DNA of 64,000 nucleotides from a virus: the IMG/VR virus record IMGVR_UViG_3300031569_001508, positions 1 through 64,000 of that record; one strand, given 5' to 3'. Shown here piece by piece: positions 29,712 through 38,915 of the stretch. A model generated the notes under the pieces. It was given only the letters and a program-made list of their open reading frames with translations, did no database searches and was not told the DNA's origin. How positions within the stretch are numbered: the stretch's first letter is position 1; each line of letters begins with the position of its first letter. A program made the translations under genes and the position numbers.

Positions 29712-29969
29712 ATGAATTTTATAAAAAGGAAAATTATGGCTTTTAAAGATATTTTTAAAGATGATAATAACATTAACGAAAAAAGTGTTATTGGTTTTAT
29801 GTCCTTTTCTGTAATGGTAATTTTTGCTGTTATGGATTTACTAACAGGGTATTTTAGTAAAGATTTAGTAATCAATGAATTTATTTATGAATCTTTTTTA
29901 ATAATAACATTAGGTTGTTTTGGTATAGCTGGATTAGAAAAAATATTTAGTAAGAAAAAGGATGTATAA
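29712..29969 (+). CDS. Small two-TM membrane protein (holin-like)
   Basis: Two hydrophobic segments and a charged C-terminus; in the lysis region. Confidence 0.55.
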   Translation: MNFIKRKIMAFKDIFKDDNNINEKSVIGFMSFSVMVIFAVMDLLTGYFSKDLVINEFIYESFLIITLGCFGIAGLEKIFSKKKDV

Positions 29970-29987
29970 AAAATTATTCCTAATAAA

Positions 29988-30272
29988 ATGATGGAGGGAA
30001 ATGAACCCCTCTTAATAGCACTCATATCAGCACTGGGGGTGAAAGAAATTTGGACTATTGTTAAAAAGAAAATGGACCAATCTGCATCCAAAGATGCAAG
30101 AGAAGATAAATTATCTCTTCAAATAATACTTGAATTAAAAGAAAAAGTAATAAGTTTAGAAAATAAAGTTAATGGGTTGATTGAAGAAAATGTTAATTTA
30201 AAAGTTAAAATAGCAAGGATGGAAGAGAGAATAATTAAAAGTGCGGCTCATAGTAAAAAAAGAAATAATTGA
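29988..30272 (+). CDS. Membrane-anchored coiled-coil protein (lysis-associated)
   Basis: N-terminal hydrophobic helix plus coiled coil, just before the endolysin. Confidence 0.55.
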   Translation: MMEGNEPLLIALISALGVKEIWTIVKKKMDQSASKDAREDKLSLQIILELKEKVISLENKVNGLIEENVNLKVKIARMEERIIKSAAHSKKRNN

Positions 30273-30286
30273 TAATATAATTTACA

Positions 30287-30295
30287 ATATTTATA
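30287..30295 (+). promoter_or_regulatory. Putative late promoter before endolysin
   Basis: ATATTTATAATAAA. Confidence 0.7.
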
Positions 30296-30309
30296 ATAAA
30301 TAAAGAATA

Positions 30310-31245
30310 ATGATATTAAAAGTAGGATCCAAAGGTAAAGAAGTTAAAGAGTTACAAGAAGCTTTAGAAATTAATATTGATGGTGATTTTGGTTATGGAA
30401 CTGAAGCAGCTGTTAAATTTTTTCAAAAAGAAAATGATTTGTATGTAGATGGGATTGTTGGCAATAAAACCTGGGAAATATTAGGGATAGATACTGATGA
30501 GTTTCCAAAAGAATTAAAATATATGTCTACCGATCTTGAAAAATCATACATGACATCCGCAGGGCTTACTATTAATAGACAATATCTTGATAAAGATGAA
30601 TATGTAAGAGATTATGGCAAAATAGAACCTTTAGGATTTTTTATCCACCATACAGCAGGTTGGGATAATCCTTATAAAACTATTAGACATTGGAATAATG
30701 ATACAAGAGGAAGAGTAGCAACTCAGTATGTAATTGGAGGGTCAAATATAAAAGGAAATACTAAATATGATGGAGAAGTAGTCGAATGCTTTCCTAATAA
30801 TTATTTAGGATGGCATTTAGGAAAAGTAGGTAATTTTGCAATATCTAAATTCTCAGGAGGGGTAGAATTAAATAATTTTGGTTATCTAAAAGAAAAAGAT
30901 GGTAAGTTTTTTAATTATGTTAATGTAGAAGTCCCAGAAGAAATGGTTTGTGATTTAGGGTATGAGTTTAGAGGATTTAGATATTGGCATGCTTACACAA
31001 CAAAACAAATTGAAAGTCTTAGATTATTAATTTTACATTTAAAAAATATATACCCAAAAATGGATTTAGAAAATGGGTTACCTGAATTGTTAAAAGGAGG
31101 TATGGATCCAAAAGATGCTTTTGAATTTAATGATAAAGCATATAACGCTGAACAATTTGGTTTATGGACTCACACAAATGTAAGAAAAGATAAATTTGAT
31201 TGTTCCCCACAACCTCTATTAGTTGAAATGTTAATAACAATATAA
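30310..31245 (+). CDS. Endolysin: peptidoglycan-binding domain plus N-acetylmuramoyl-L-alanine amidase
   Basis: LKVGSKGKEVKELQ...DGDFG..TEAAVK.FQ...DGIVG; IHHTAG, GWHLG, VELNN, THTNVRKDKFDC. Confidence 0.9.
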   Translation: MILKVGSKGKEVKELQEALEINIDGDFGYGTEAAVKFFQKENDLYVDGIVGNKTWEILGIDTDEFPKELKYMSTDLEKSYMTSAGLTINRQYLDKDEYVRDYGKIEPLGFFIHHTAGWDNPYKTIRHWNNDTRGRVATQYVIGGSNIKGNTKYDGEVVECFPNNYLGWHLGKVGNFAISKFSGGVELNNFGYLKEKDGKFFNYVNVEVPEEMVCDLGYEFRGFRYWHAYTTKQIESLRLLILHLKNIYPKMDLENGLPELLKGGMDPKDAFEFNDKAYNAEQFGLWTHTNVRKDKFDCSPQPLLVEMLITI

Positions 31246-31658
31246 TGAATACTAAATTAGCTATAGTGGGAATAACATCATTTTGCACATATTTGTGTAC
31301 CTATTTCTTAGATTTATCAATGGATAACATAGAACAATATTTAGCTGTAGTAGCTGTATTATGGTTAGATGGAATTTTTGGAATATGGTCTGGAATAAAA
31401 AGAGAAGGATTTAAAACATATAAAGCGTTAAAAATAACAAAAAATACATTTGTTTGGTTAGCTTTTTTAACAGTTATATTAATGGTAGAAAAAGGGTTTA
31501 GTGGAACAGCTTGGCTATCTGAAGTAATTATCGTACCATTCATGATATTACAATTAATAAGCGCCCTTAAAAATGCTTCTATGGCTGGTTTAATTAAAGG
31601 AGATCAATTAAATAAAATTCTAGACCGTATAGATAAGCATAAGGGTTTTAGAGATTAA
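31245..31658 (+). CDS. Holin-like membrane protein
   Basis: Three TM segments, LDGIFGIW and QLISALKNA motifs; overlaps the endolysin stop. Confidence 0.7.
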   Translation: MNTKLAIVGITSFCTYLCTYFLDLSMDNIEQYLAVVAVLWLDGIFGIWSGIKREGFKTYKALKITKNTFVWLAFLTVILMVEKGFSGTAWLSEVIIVPFMILQLISALKNASMAGLIKGDQLNKILDRIDKHKGFRD

Positions 31659-31670
31659 AACTTTTAAAAT

Positions 31671-32810
31671 ATGTGGTTAAAAATCCAAAAAAGAATATTT
31701 CCCTTTATAATAGCATTTTCTGCATTATCAGTATCAGCTTCAGCTGCATTTTATTCAGTTAGTGGTTTATCAAAACTATTTGCTGGAGCAACTTTTGCTG
31801 TAATTGTTATGGCAGCATCTTTAGAAATAGCAAAATTAGTAATTGCATCTCTTTTATACCAATATAGAAAAGGTTTACCAAAATTTTTAAAATATTATCT
31901 ATCAGTAGCTTGTATAGTACTCATATTAATTACTAGTATGGGGATATATGGGTTTTTAAGCGCAGCTTATCAAGAAACAGCAGCAAAATCTGGGTCAATT
32001 GATGCCCAAATTAGTTTAATTGAAGTAAAAAGAGATAATGTTAAAGGACAGCTACTCGTATATAACGAAGAAAAATCATCTATTAATGAGGCGGTGTCTA
32101 GTTTGCGAAACGGTTTATCTACGAATAGAATACAGTATAAAGACACATTAGGTAACATAATTACCACTCAATCTTCCTCAACTCGTAGAGCTTTAGAAAA
32201 ACAATTAGATCAAGCTATTGAAAGACAAACTATAATAAATTCTAAGGTAGATATATTAAATGAAGATTTATTTAAGTACGAAACAGAAATTGTAGAAGTA
32301 TCTACTAATAATGATGTAGCAGGAGAATTAGGTCCTCTTAAATATCTATCAGGATTAACAGGAATTCCTATGGATAAAATTATTAACTATTTATTATTAA
32401 CAATTATATTTGTATTTGACCCTCTAGCAATTGCTTTAGTAGTAGCTGCTAACTATGCTTTTGAACAGATTAGACCAAAAACTAAAGAAAATTTATATGG
32501 TGAAAAGGTTGAAATTAAAGAAGAACCTAAAATAGAACCTTTATTTGAAGAAAATGATAAAAGAATGAATATAATAGGTCAAAATGGTAATGATGGAATC
32601 CATTATGGTAAAGAAGCAGAGACAGAAATAGAAGAAGAATTAATTCCCCCTAAAACATATACACAGCCGGGATATGTTAAAAATAATTTAATAGAAGAAA
32701 AACAAGAAATAGAAAAAATTATTAAAAGACCTTTAATGGCTCATGAGATAAAACAATTACAACAGTCAAAATTAAATATTTTTAATGATGATTTAACCAT
32801 TACATATTAA
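31671..32810 (+). CDS. Multi-TM protein with long coiled coil (conserved in large phages)
   Basis: SAAFYSVSGL, LEIAKLV, ITSMGIYGFLS, ELGPLKYLS, IIFVFDPLAI. Confidence 0.7.
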   Translation: MWLKIQKRIFPFIIAFSALSVSASAAFYSVSGLSKLFAGATFAVIVMAASLEIAKLVIASLLYQYRKGLPKFLKYYLSVACIVLILITSMGIYGFLSAAYQETAAKSGSIDAQISLIEVKRDNVKGQLLVYNEEKSSINEAVSSLRNGLSTNRIQYKDTLGNIITTQSSSTRRALEKQLDQAIERQTIINSKVDILNEDLFKYETEIVEVSTNNDVAGELGPLKYLSGLTGIPMDKIINYLLLTIIFVFDPLAIALVVAANYAFEQIRPKTKENLYGEKVEIKEEPKIEPLFEENDKRMNIIGQNGNDGIHYGKEAETEIEEELIPPKTYTQPGYVKNNLIEEKQEIEKIIKRPLMAHEIKQLQQSKLNIFNDDLTITY

Positions 32811-32820
32811 ACCAAAAGTT

Positions 32821-33033
32821 ATGCTAAGTAAACAATCTATAAGAGGAACTACAAAAATTCACATGAATGGAGAATTAATAACTGATAAAGAAGTATTAAT
32901 TGCTGAAAGTGAATCATGGACCGAAAAAGAAGAATCTTTTTTTAAGAAAATGATTAGACAAGGGGGTAAATTTAATGTAGGTGGGAGAAAATATTTTATA
33001 ATTCCTAACAATAATATTAATTCATTAGATTAA
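32821..33033 (+). CDS. Hypothetical protein
   Basis: 70 aa, AAAAGTTATG leader. Confidence 0.65.
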   Translation: MLSKQSIRGTTKIHMNGELITDKEVLIAESESWTEKEESFFKKMIRQGGKFNVGGRKYFIIPNNNINSLD

Positions 33034-33050
33034 ATTTCCCCTAAAAATAT

Positions 33051-33079
33051 TTGGAAAAGCCAGATATTGTTCGTATATT
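33051..33079 (+). promoter_or_regulatory. Early promoter TTGG-N18-GTATATT
   Basis: ttggaaaagccagatattgttcgtatatt. Confidence 0.8.
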
Positions 33080-33085
33080 CATGTC

Positions 33086-33469
33086 ATGAATAAAGATGCA
33101 GTTAAAAAAATAGTAGATTCTATTTATCCAAAGGTCCAACAATTTTATGGTTTATCTAAGTTTAATAGTAAAACCCCTAAAGTTAAGTACCACCATAATA
33201 TCTACGCTAGAATTACAGGAATAGCAGAAGCAGAAGGTGAATGCTCACCTGCAGCCGAATTTGAAAGGGAAACAAATACAATTTGGATCTACTACCCAGA
33301 AGCAACTAATAAAGAATGGGTTATTCAAACATTAATCCATGAATATATTCACTATTTACAATCTCCCTTATGGATGAAAAGATATTACGATATGGGTTAT
33401 GAATATGATACTCACCCATATGAATTAGCTGCAACAAAAGCTGAAGATAATTGGAAGACTTTTGCGTAA
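33086..33469 (+). CDS. Zincin-like (HExxH) putative metalloprotein
   Basis: TLIHEYIHYLQ...HPYELAA. Confidence 0.7.
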   Translation: MNKDAVKKIVDSIYPKVQQFYGLSKFNSKTPKVKYHHNIYARITGIAEAEGECSPAAEFERETNTIWIYYPEATNKEWVIQTLIHEYIHYLQSPLWMKRYYDMGYEYDTHPYELAATKAEDNWKTFA

Positions 33470-33473
33470 ATAT

Positions 33474-33502
33474 TTGGAGAAGCGAAATATTGTTCGTATA
33501 TT
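33474..33502 (+). promoter_or_regulatory. Early promoter TTGG-N18-GTATATT
   Basis: ttggagaagcgaaatattgttcgtatatt. Confidence 0.8.
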
Positions 33503-33553
33503 TATGGGGTAAATGAGGTGAGAAATCACAAATATTAATTAAAAATAAAGGTT

Positions 33554-33736
33554 ATGTTAAAAAAAGTAGATTTAAAATTTTTCTCAATTTTTATAGTTTC
33601 AATGTTAGTAGGGATTTTTACTATAACAGGAACTATTCAATCAATTATTCCTTTTGCTGGTGCTTTAAATGAAATGGCGTTCTGTTTATTATCTTTTACA
33701 ATAGGGGTAATTAGTTTATCATGTATAAAAAAATAG
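33554..33736 (+). CDS. Small two-TM membrane protein
   Basis: 60 aa, hydrophobic. Confidence 0.65.
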   Translation: MLKKVDLKFFSIFIVSMLVGIFTITGTIQSIIPFAGALNEMAFCLLSFTIGVISLSCIKK

Positions 33737-33738
33737 TT

Positions 33739-34005
33739 ATGGATATTAAAAAACAACTACAAAAAGGAGGGGCTAAATTTACAATTAAAGGTATCACGGC
33801 TTACAGACCAAATAAAGATAAAAAATGGGGGGATTTTCCAAAAATATTTGAGGTAAGTAAAGATGGAGAGTCTATTTGGAGTGAATTTAATGGTATGAAT
33901 GTTACTAAATGGGGTCCTACGTGTGTTACATTATTTACATTTGATATTTTAGGTAAAAAATCAGTAGGTAAAATAAATTATAAAGAAGTAGAAATTATTA
34001 ATTAA
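33739..34005 (+). CDS. Hypothetical protein
   Basis: AGTTATG start at 33739 (track start 33721); GMNVTKWGPTCVTLFTFD. Confidence 0.7.
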   Translation: MDIKKQLQKGGAKFTIKGITAYRPNKDKKWGDFPKIFEVSKDGESIWSEFNGMNVTKWGPTCVTLFTFDILGKKSVGKINYKEVEIIN

Positions 34006-34021
34006 TAAAAATAAAAGTTAT

Positions 34022-34441
34022 ATGAAAAAAGTAAGAGAAGTAAAAAAAGTAAAAAAAGATTTTTTAACACCTAAATGGTTAGTAGTTAAAGAAATATATG
34101 AAAGTGGAACTAATGGTTCTGAAAAATACGGTACTAATTTTGAAATTGGTGGTGAGTTAGATAAATTAACACGTGAGTTTGTAGATTATATTGGAGAATT
34201 TACTCGTCAATTTGGTTGGGGTTGTGTTATTGAAAACATTAAGATGGATTTATGGAAAGAAAGGATTTGGTCATTAATTGAAAATGCTGGATTATTACCT
34301 GAAATAGCTTGGAAAGATGAATTAGCTGCTGAAGCTAAAAAAGCATCTAAATTAGAAGAAGAGATGTATAATGATGGAGAATTCGATATTGAAGAATACG
34401 AACCATCAGACGAAGAAATTTTAAATGTAAGTTATGAATAA
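34022..34441 (+). CDS. Hypothetical protein with acidic C-terminus
   Basis: 139 aa, AAAAGTTATATG leader. Confidence 0.7.
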   Translation: MKKVREVKKVKKDFLTPKWLVVKEIYESGTNGSEKYGTNFEIGGELDKLTREFVDYIGEFTRQFGWGCVIENIKMDLWKERIWSLIENAGLLPEIAWKDELAAEAKKASKLEEEMYNDGEFDIEEYEPSDEEILNVSYE

Positions 34442-34667
34442 AGAAAAAAGATATGTAGTACAAATGGAAATGTATGTTTATGCTGAAAATGATTACATGG
34501 CCACAAAACGAGCTAATGATTTAAAATTATCAATCGAAAACAGACGCCATTCAGATCAAGTTAAAGTTTCTGAGATAGGAGAGCAACCATTTGCTAGTCT
34601 TAATTATCGTAAATTAGATAGTACTGAATTTATAGAGAATTATTTTGATGAGCCGCTCCCATTCTAA
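34434..34667 (+). CDS. Hypothetical protein
   Basis: 77 aa ending DEPLPF. Confidence 0.65.
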   Translation: MNKEKRYVVQMEMYVYAENDYMATKRANDLKLSIENRRHSDQVKVSEIGEQPFASLNYRKLDSTEFIENYFDEPLPF

Positions 34668-34806
34668 CCCTCCTAAAAAAAAACTCAAGGAAGTAGAACT
34701 AACTTACCAAGAGTGGCTCCTTGCTCTGCGCATGCCTACGCCAGTGAAGAACAAGAAGAAATACAACAGAAGAAAAAAACATCCCAAAAAAGATTTGGAA
34801 AATTAA
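34648..34806 (+). CDS. Small basic protein with ArfA-like C-terminal motif (not in ORF track)
   Basis: Manual translation MSRSHSNPPKKKLKEVELTYQEWLLALRMPTPVKNKKKYNRRKKHPKKDLEN (52 aa). Confidence 0.55.
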   Translation: MSRSHSNPPKKKLKEVELTYQEWLLALRMPTPVKNKKKYNRRKKHPKKDLEN

Positions 34807-34823
34807 AATAAGGGTCGTATATT
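34795..34823 (+). promoter_or_regulatory. Early promoter TTGG-N18-GTATATT
   Basis: Upstream of uvsE. Confidence 0.78.
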
Positions 34824-34842
34824 ACGGCAAAATAAAAGTTAT

Positions 34843-35739
34843 ATGAATTTAGGTTATGCGTGTATTAATACAGTACTTAGTGAAAATAAAATCACTACAA
34901 ATCGTACTATGCGTCGAAAAACATTCGATGCAAAAGGGATAGAATATGTTTCAGATTTAGCATTAGCTAATGTTAAGGATTTAAAAACATATATTCAATG
35001 GAATAATGAAATGAAAATTAAATTATTTCGATTATCATCACAAATTTTCCCTTGGTCAGATGAATATAATATTAAAGACCTTAAGGATTATGATGAAATT
35101 GCATCTATAATGCTTGAAGTAGGAAAAATTGCTAAAGATGCAGGTCAACGACTTACAATGCATCCCGGTCCTTATAATTGTTTAGCATCTCCAACTAAAA
35201 AAGTTGTAGAAAAAACTATTAGAGAATTAAACTTCCATAGTGAGCAGTTTAATATGATGGGTTATGATCCTTCACCTTATAATAAAATAAATATTCATGT
35301 AGGGGGCGCTTACGGTGACAAAGAATCAACATTACTTCGTTTCTGTGATAATTTTAAATTGTTAAACGATGATACAAAAAAACGTCTAGTTGTTGAAAAT
35401 GATGATAGTCCGAATGAATACTCTGTTAAAGATTTAGTAAATGGAGTTCATTTAAGGATTGGAATTCCAATTACTTTTGATTATTTTCATCATAAATTTA
35501 ATACTGGAGGTTTAACTGAAGAAGAAGCACTAATTGTAGCATCAGCTACTTGGCCTAAAGGTGTAACTCAATGCTGTCATTATTCTGAAAGTCGTAGAAA
35601 AGAAAAATTAGATGAGTCAATTCGTCCTCAAGCTCATTCTGATTTAATCTATGAAAAAATACAAACATATGGTCTTGAACCAGATATTGTAATTGAGGCA
35701 AAATTAAAAGAACAATCAATTTTTAAAAGAGTAATATAA
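34843..35739 (+). CDS. uvsE: UV-damage endonuclease
   Basis: LGYACIN, LFRLSS, RLTMHPGPY, INIHVGGAYGDK, LVVENDD, FDYFHH, HYSES, AHSD, IEAKLKE. Confidence 0.93.
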   Translation: MNLGYACINTVLSENKITTNRTMRRKTFDAKGIEYVSDLALANVKDLKTYIQWNNEMKIKLFRLSSQIFPWSDEYNIKDLKDYDEIASIMLEVGKIAKDAGQRLTMHPGPYNCLASPTKKVVEKTIRELNFHSEQFNMMGYDPSPYNKINIHVGGAYGDKESTLLRFCDNFKLLNDDTKKRLVVENDDSPNEYSVKDLVNGVHLRIGIPITFDYFHHKFNTGGLTEEEALIVASATWPKGVTQCCHYSESRRKEKLDESIRPQAHSDLIYEKIQTYGLEPDIVIEAKLKEQSIFKRVI

Positions 35740-35936
35740 TGGCAAAATTAACAAGAACAGTAAATTACGCAAACTTCAGATGGGAAGAATATGTGTTAAC
35801 AGAAGAAGAATTAACTCAGTGGAAGACCGGTGATGAAGATATTCAACAAGATATCATAGATGATGCCGATTGGGACCTAGTAAGAGATAAACCAATTGAT
35901 GATTACGGAGACGTAGAATTCGTAGAAGAAGACTAA
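35739..35936 (+). CDS. Small acidic hypothetical protein
   Basis: 65 aa, TAATG overlaps at both ends. Confidence 0.65.
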   Translation: MAKLTRTVNYANFRWEEYVLTEEELTQWKTGDEDIQQDIIDDADWDLVRDKPIDDYGDVEFVEED

Positions 35937-36082
35937 TGGTAGAATTTTTTAAACATGCATTTGGGCTTTGTGGTGAACATTGGCATCCAAATATTTGGAC
36001 TTTTCTTCTAGGTGGGCTTGGACTGCAACAATCTTTTACGTATATTAATTATAAAATAAAAAGTTATGGCAATAAAAGTTAG
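35936..36082 (+). CDS. Small His/Cys-containing hypothetical protein (not in ORF track)
   Basis: Manual translation MVEFFKHAFGLCGEHWHPNIWTFLLGGLGLQQSFTYINYKIKSYGNKS; TAATG coupling. Confidence 0.55.
   Translation: MVEFFKHAFGLCGEHWHPNIWTFLLGGLGLQQSFTYINYKIKSYGNKS
36018..36046 (+). promoter_or_regulatory. Early promoter TTGG-N18-GTATATT driving the deazaguanine cluster
   Basis: ttggactgcaacaatcttttacgtatatt. Confidence 0.72.
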
Positions 36083-36857
36083 TCACGAAGCACCCATGTG
36101 CCTTTTAGACGATAGTATGAGATTTAATGATTATGACTATTGTCTTCCTCATTTATTAGATCAAGAACCTAAATATTTAGAATATTTTAAAAAAGCTAAA
36201 GCAGCGGGTCGTTATATTATAATGGATAATTCACTTCATGAATTAGGTGAAGCATATGACCATTCACGTTTGATACATTGGGTAAACGAGCTAAAACCAA
36301 ATGAATTTATAATTCCGGATGTATGGGAAAATATGGAGGAATCTATTCAAAATGCTACTATTTGGGAAATTTATGATTTTCCTAATAGTGTAGAAAAAAT
36401 AGCAGTTGTTCAAGCTAAAACGATTCATGAGGCATCTGAATGTACTAAAGCTTATAAAGATATGGGGTTTGGCAAAATATGTTATTCATATGGAGCATCT
36501 TATTATAATGATGTTTGCCCCCACCCAAATAAGGATTTAGGAAAAGCATTAGGAAGATTGGCAGTAATATCAGCCTTAATGAAAATGGGGGATATAAAAC
36601 AAGATGATAGGATTCATTTATTAGGGTGTGCTGTTCCTCAAGAATTTGGATGGTATAAGGATATTAATTGTATAGAATCTATAGATACATCAAATCCTAT
36701 AATGGCTACTTTAGAAGATATTCAATACATGAATAGTGGTTTGTATAAAAAACCTAAAGCAAATATGAATGATTTTTTCTATATGTTAGATAATCAAGTT
36801 GATTTTGATCTTTTAACTTATAATTTAGAAATGTTTAAAAAAATTAATAATTTATAA
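36066..36857 (+). CDS. dpdA: TGT-fold protein, DpdA-like (7-deazaguanine DNA modification)
   Basis: IIMDNS, IAVVQ, RIHLLG and IESIDTS motifs of the TGT/DpdA barrel; immediately upstream of queC. Confidence 0.7.
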   Translation: MAIKVSHEAPMCLLDDSMRFNDYDYCLPHLLDQEPKYLEYFKKAKAAGRYIIMDNSLHELGEAYDHSRLIHWVNELKPNEFIIPDVWENMEESIQNATIWEIYDFPNSVEKIAVVQAKTIHEASECTKAYKDMGFGKICYSYGASYYNDVCPHPNKDLGKALGRLAVISALMKMGDIKQDDRIHLLGCAVPQEFGWYKDINCIESIDTSNPIMATLEDIQYMNSGLYKKPKANMNDFFYMLDNQVDFDLLTYNLEMFKKINNL

Positions 36858-36865
36858 AATAAAAA

Positions 36866-37696
36866 ATGACACAAATGGAAATTAATTTTAAGGATTCACA
36901 ACGTCCTAAACACGCAGTAGTATCACTTTCAGGTGGTATGGATTCAAGTACATTATTACTTAAATGTCTTGATAAATTTAAAACGGTAACAGCTTTATCT
37001 TTTGATTATGGTCAAAAACACAAAGTTGAACTTAAAAGAGCAAGAGCATTAGTAGATTATTTAAAGAGAAATGGACATAATGTTACATATCAAATAATTG
37101 AATTAAAGGGGTTGGTATCATTACTTGACTCAGCATTAGTAGAAGGTGGGGATGAAGTTCCAGAAGGACATTATGCTGCTGAAAATATGAAAGCTACAGT
37201 AGTACCTAATCGTAATAAAATATTTGCATCAATTTCCCAAGCAGTAGCTTTATCAATAGCTAATAAAACAGAAGAAAAAACTTCAATTGCTTTAGGAATT
37301 CATGCAGGTGACCATGATATTTATCCTGATTGTAGACAAGAATTTAGAGATGCAGATGATAAAGCATTTAGAGAAGGTAATTGGGATGCTGATAGAGTGG
37401 GGTATTATACACCTTATTTAAAAGGAGATAAATTTACAATTCTTCAAGATGGAGAAATATTATGTAAAAAGTTAGGAATTGATTTTGATGAAGTATATGC
37501 TAGAACTAATACTTCATATAAACCAACACCTGAAGGATGGTCAGATTATAAATCAGCGTCATCAGTTGAAAGAGTAGAAGCATTCATAAAATTAGGAAGA
37601 CCTGATCCTGTACAATATGCAGATGAAACTGGTCCTGTTGATTATGAAGTAGCAAAATCTTATGTTGAACAAGTGTTAGAAAATTATGAAGGATAA
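36866..37696 (+). CDS. queC: 7-cyano-7-deazaguanine synthase
   Basis: SLSGGMDSS, FDYGQKH, TVVPNRN, YPDCR. Confidence 0.92.
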   Translation: MTQMEINFKDSQRPKHAVVSLSGGMDSSTLLLKCLDKFKTVTALSFDYGQKHKVELKRARALVDYLKRNGHNVTYQIIELKGLVSLLDSALVEGGDEVPEGHYAAENMKATVVPNRNKIFASISQAVALSIANKTEEKTSIALGIHAGDHDIYPDCRQEFRDADDKAFREGNWDADRVGYYTPYLKGDKFTILQDGEILCKKLGIDFDEVYARTNTSYKPTPEGWSDYKSASSVERVEAFIKLGRPDPVQYADETGPVDYEVAKSYVEQVLENYEG

Positions 37697-37859
37697 TAAA
37701 TTAGAAAAAATCCCAGATCCAAAACTACACCAACAGATAAGTTTTATTAAGTCAGGTGTTCGTATATTAGGGTATTGTTTTATTCCTTTTAGCTTGGTTT
37801 TTGCAACTATTTTACTTATATTAAGTGAATTAATAGGTATAATTGAAGAATTAGTTTAA
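37686..37859 (+). CDS. Small membrane protein (not in ORF track)
   Basis: Manual translation MKDNKLEKIPDPKLHQQISFIKSGVRILGYCFIPFSLVFATILLILSELIGIIEELV. Confidence 0.7.
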   Translation: MKDNKLEKIPDPKLHQQISFIKSGVRILGYCFIPFSLVFATILLILSELIGIIEELV

Positions 37860-37875
37860 TAATAAAAACAAAAAA

Positions 37876-38127
37876 ATGAAAAAAATATTATATTTCTCAG
37901 CAGCATGGTGTGGTCCTTGTAAAGTACTGGGCCCTGTAATGGATAAATTAAAAATGGATGGAATGCCCGTTCAAAAAATAGATGTAGATTCAAACCAGGA
38001 AATGTCAACAAAGTATGGAGTTAGAAATATTCCATGTTTAGTATTAGTTGATAACATGGGGAATGAACTTAAAAGATTAGTTGGTAATAAACCTTCTAAT
38101 GAAATTCAAAATTGGTACAATAATTAA
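37876..38127 (+). CDS. trxA: Thioredoxin
   Basis: WCGPC active site, YGVRNIP. Confidence 0.92.
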   Translation: MKKILYFSAAWCGPCKVLGPVMDKLKMDGMPVQKIDVDSNQEMSTKYGVRNIPCLVLVDNMGNELKRLVGNKPSNEIQNWYNN

Positions 38128-38137
38128 AAACAAAAAA

Positions 38138-38458
38138 ATGAAATATCAAAATCAAAATGTTGGCATATTATACTTTTCAAATCCCTCTTCTGAAGCAGAA
38201 AGTGTTGGTAAAATAGTAGACGGGGTTATGAGACAAGTAGGTAGAGACATACCAGTAAGAAAAGTAAATTCTGATTATGAAGTAACTATAGTAGAAAAAG
38301 CAAAACCTACAAAAGTTCCATCAATTATATTTACAGATAATTCTGGGGATCTAGAGCACCTTAGAATAGAAGGATCAAGTTTATCAACTATAACTGTTGA
38401 AGGGGTATTAAATATAGTACAAGATATTATTAAATTTAATTCAAAAAATAATGGGTAA
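38138..38458 (+). CDS. Thioredoxin-fold paralogue lacking CXXC
   Basis: ILYFSNPSSEAES aligns with ILYFSAAWCGPCK; IPVRKVNSD, KVPSIIF; ATG at 38138 (track start 38081). Confidence 0.65.
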   Translation: MKYQNQNVGILYFSNPSSEAESVGKIVDGVMRQVGRDIPVRKVNSDYEVTIVEKAKPTKVPSIIFTDNSGDLEHLRIEGSSLSTITVEGVLNIVQDIIKFNSKNNG

Positions 38459-38915
38459 ATATCAATCAAGTAAAGTATTTGATGGCTTTAGCACAGTATT
38501 CCGTCAATGGAAAGCAAAAGAAACACATTGTAGATTTGTTCATGGTTATGGTATTTCCTTTAAAGTTTACTTCGAAGGTGACTTAGATGAAAAAAATTGG
38601 GTTTGGGATTTTGGAGGGATGAAGCGTGCTAAAACCTTAATTAATGGTTTACAACCTAAAGCGTGGATGGATTATATGTTTGATCATACTATGGTTATAG
38701 CAGAAGATGATCCTGAAATAGATGCATTTAAACAAATGGATCAAGCAGGAGTAGCACAAGTAAGAATTATACCCGCTACTGGAGCAGAGAAATTTGCTGA
38801 ATATATTTATAATAACATAAATGAATTTGTTAAAACTGAAACTAGTAATAGGGTTAGGGTTACTAAAGTTAAATTTATGGAACATGGTAAAAATGCTGCA
38901 TATTACAGCGAGTAA
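38451..38915 (+). CDS. queD: 6-carboxytetrahydropterin synthase
   Basis: HCRFVHGY, WVWDFG, FDHT, GAEKFAEY. Confidence 0.9.
   Translation: MGKYQSSKVFDGFSTVFRQWKAKETHCRFVHGYGISFKVYFEGDLDEKNWVWDFGGMKRAKTLINGLQPKAWMDYMFDHTMVIAEDDPEIDAFKQMDQAGVAQVRIIPATGAEKFAEYIYNNINEFVKTETSNRVRVTKVKFMEHGKNAAYYSE

Noticed and set aside
37761-37768. CGTATATT copies at 37761 and 44404
   Set aside because: They lack TTGG/TAGG at the N18 spacing, so they were not counted as promoters.
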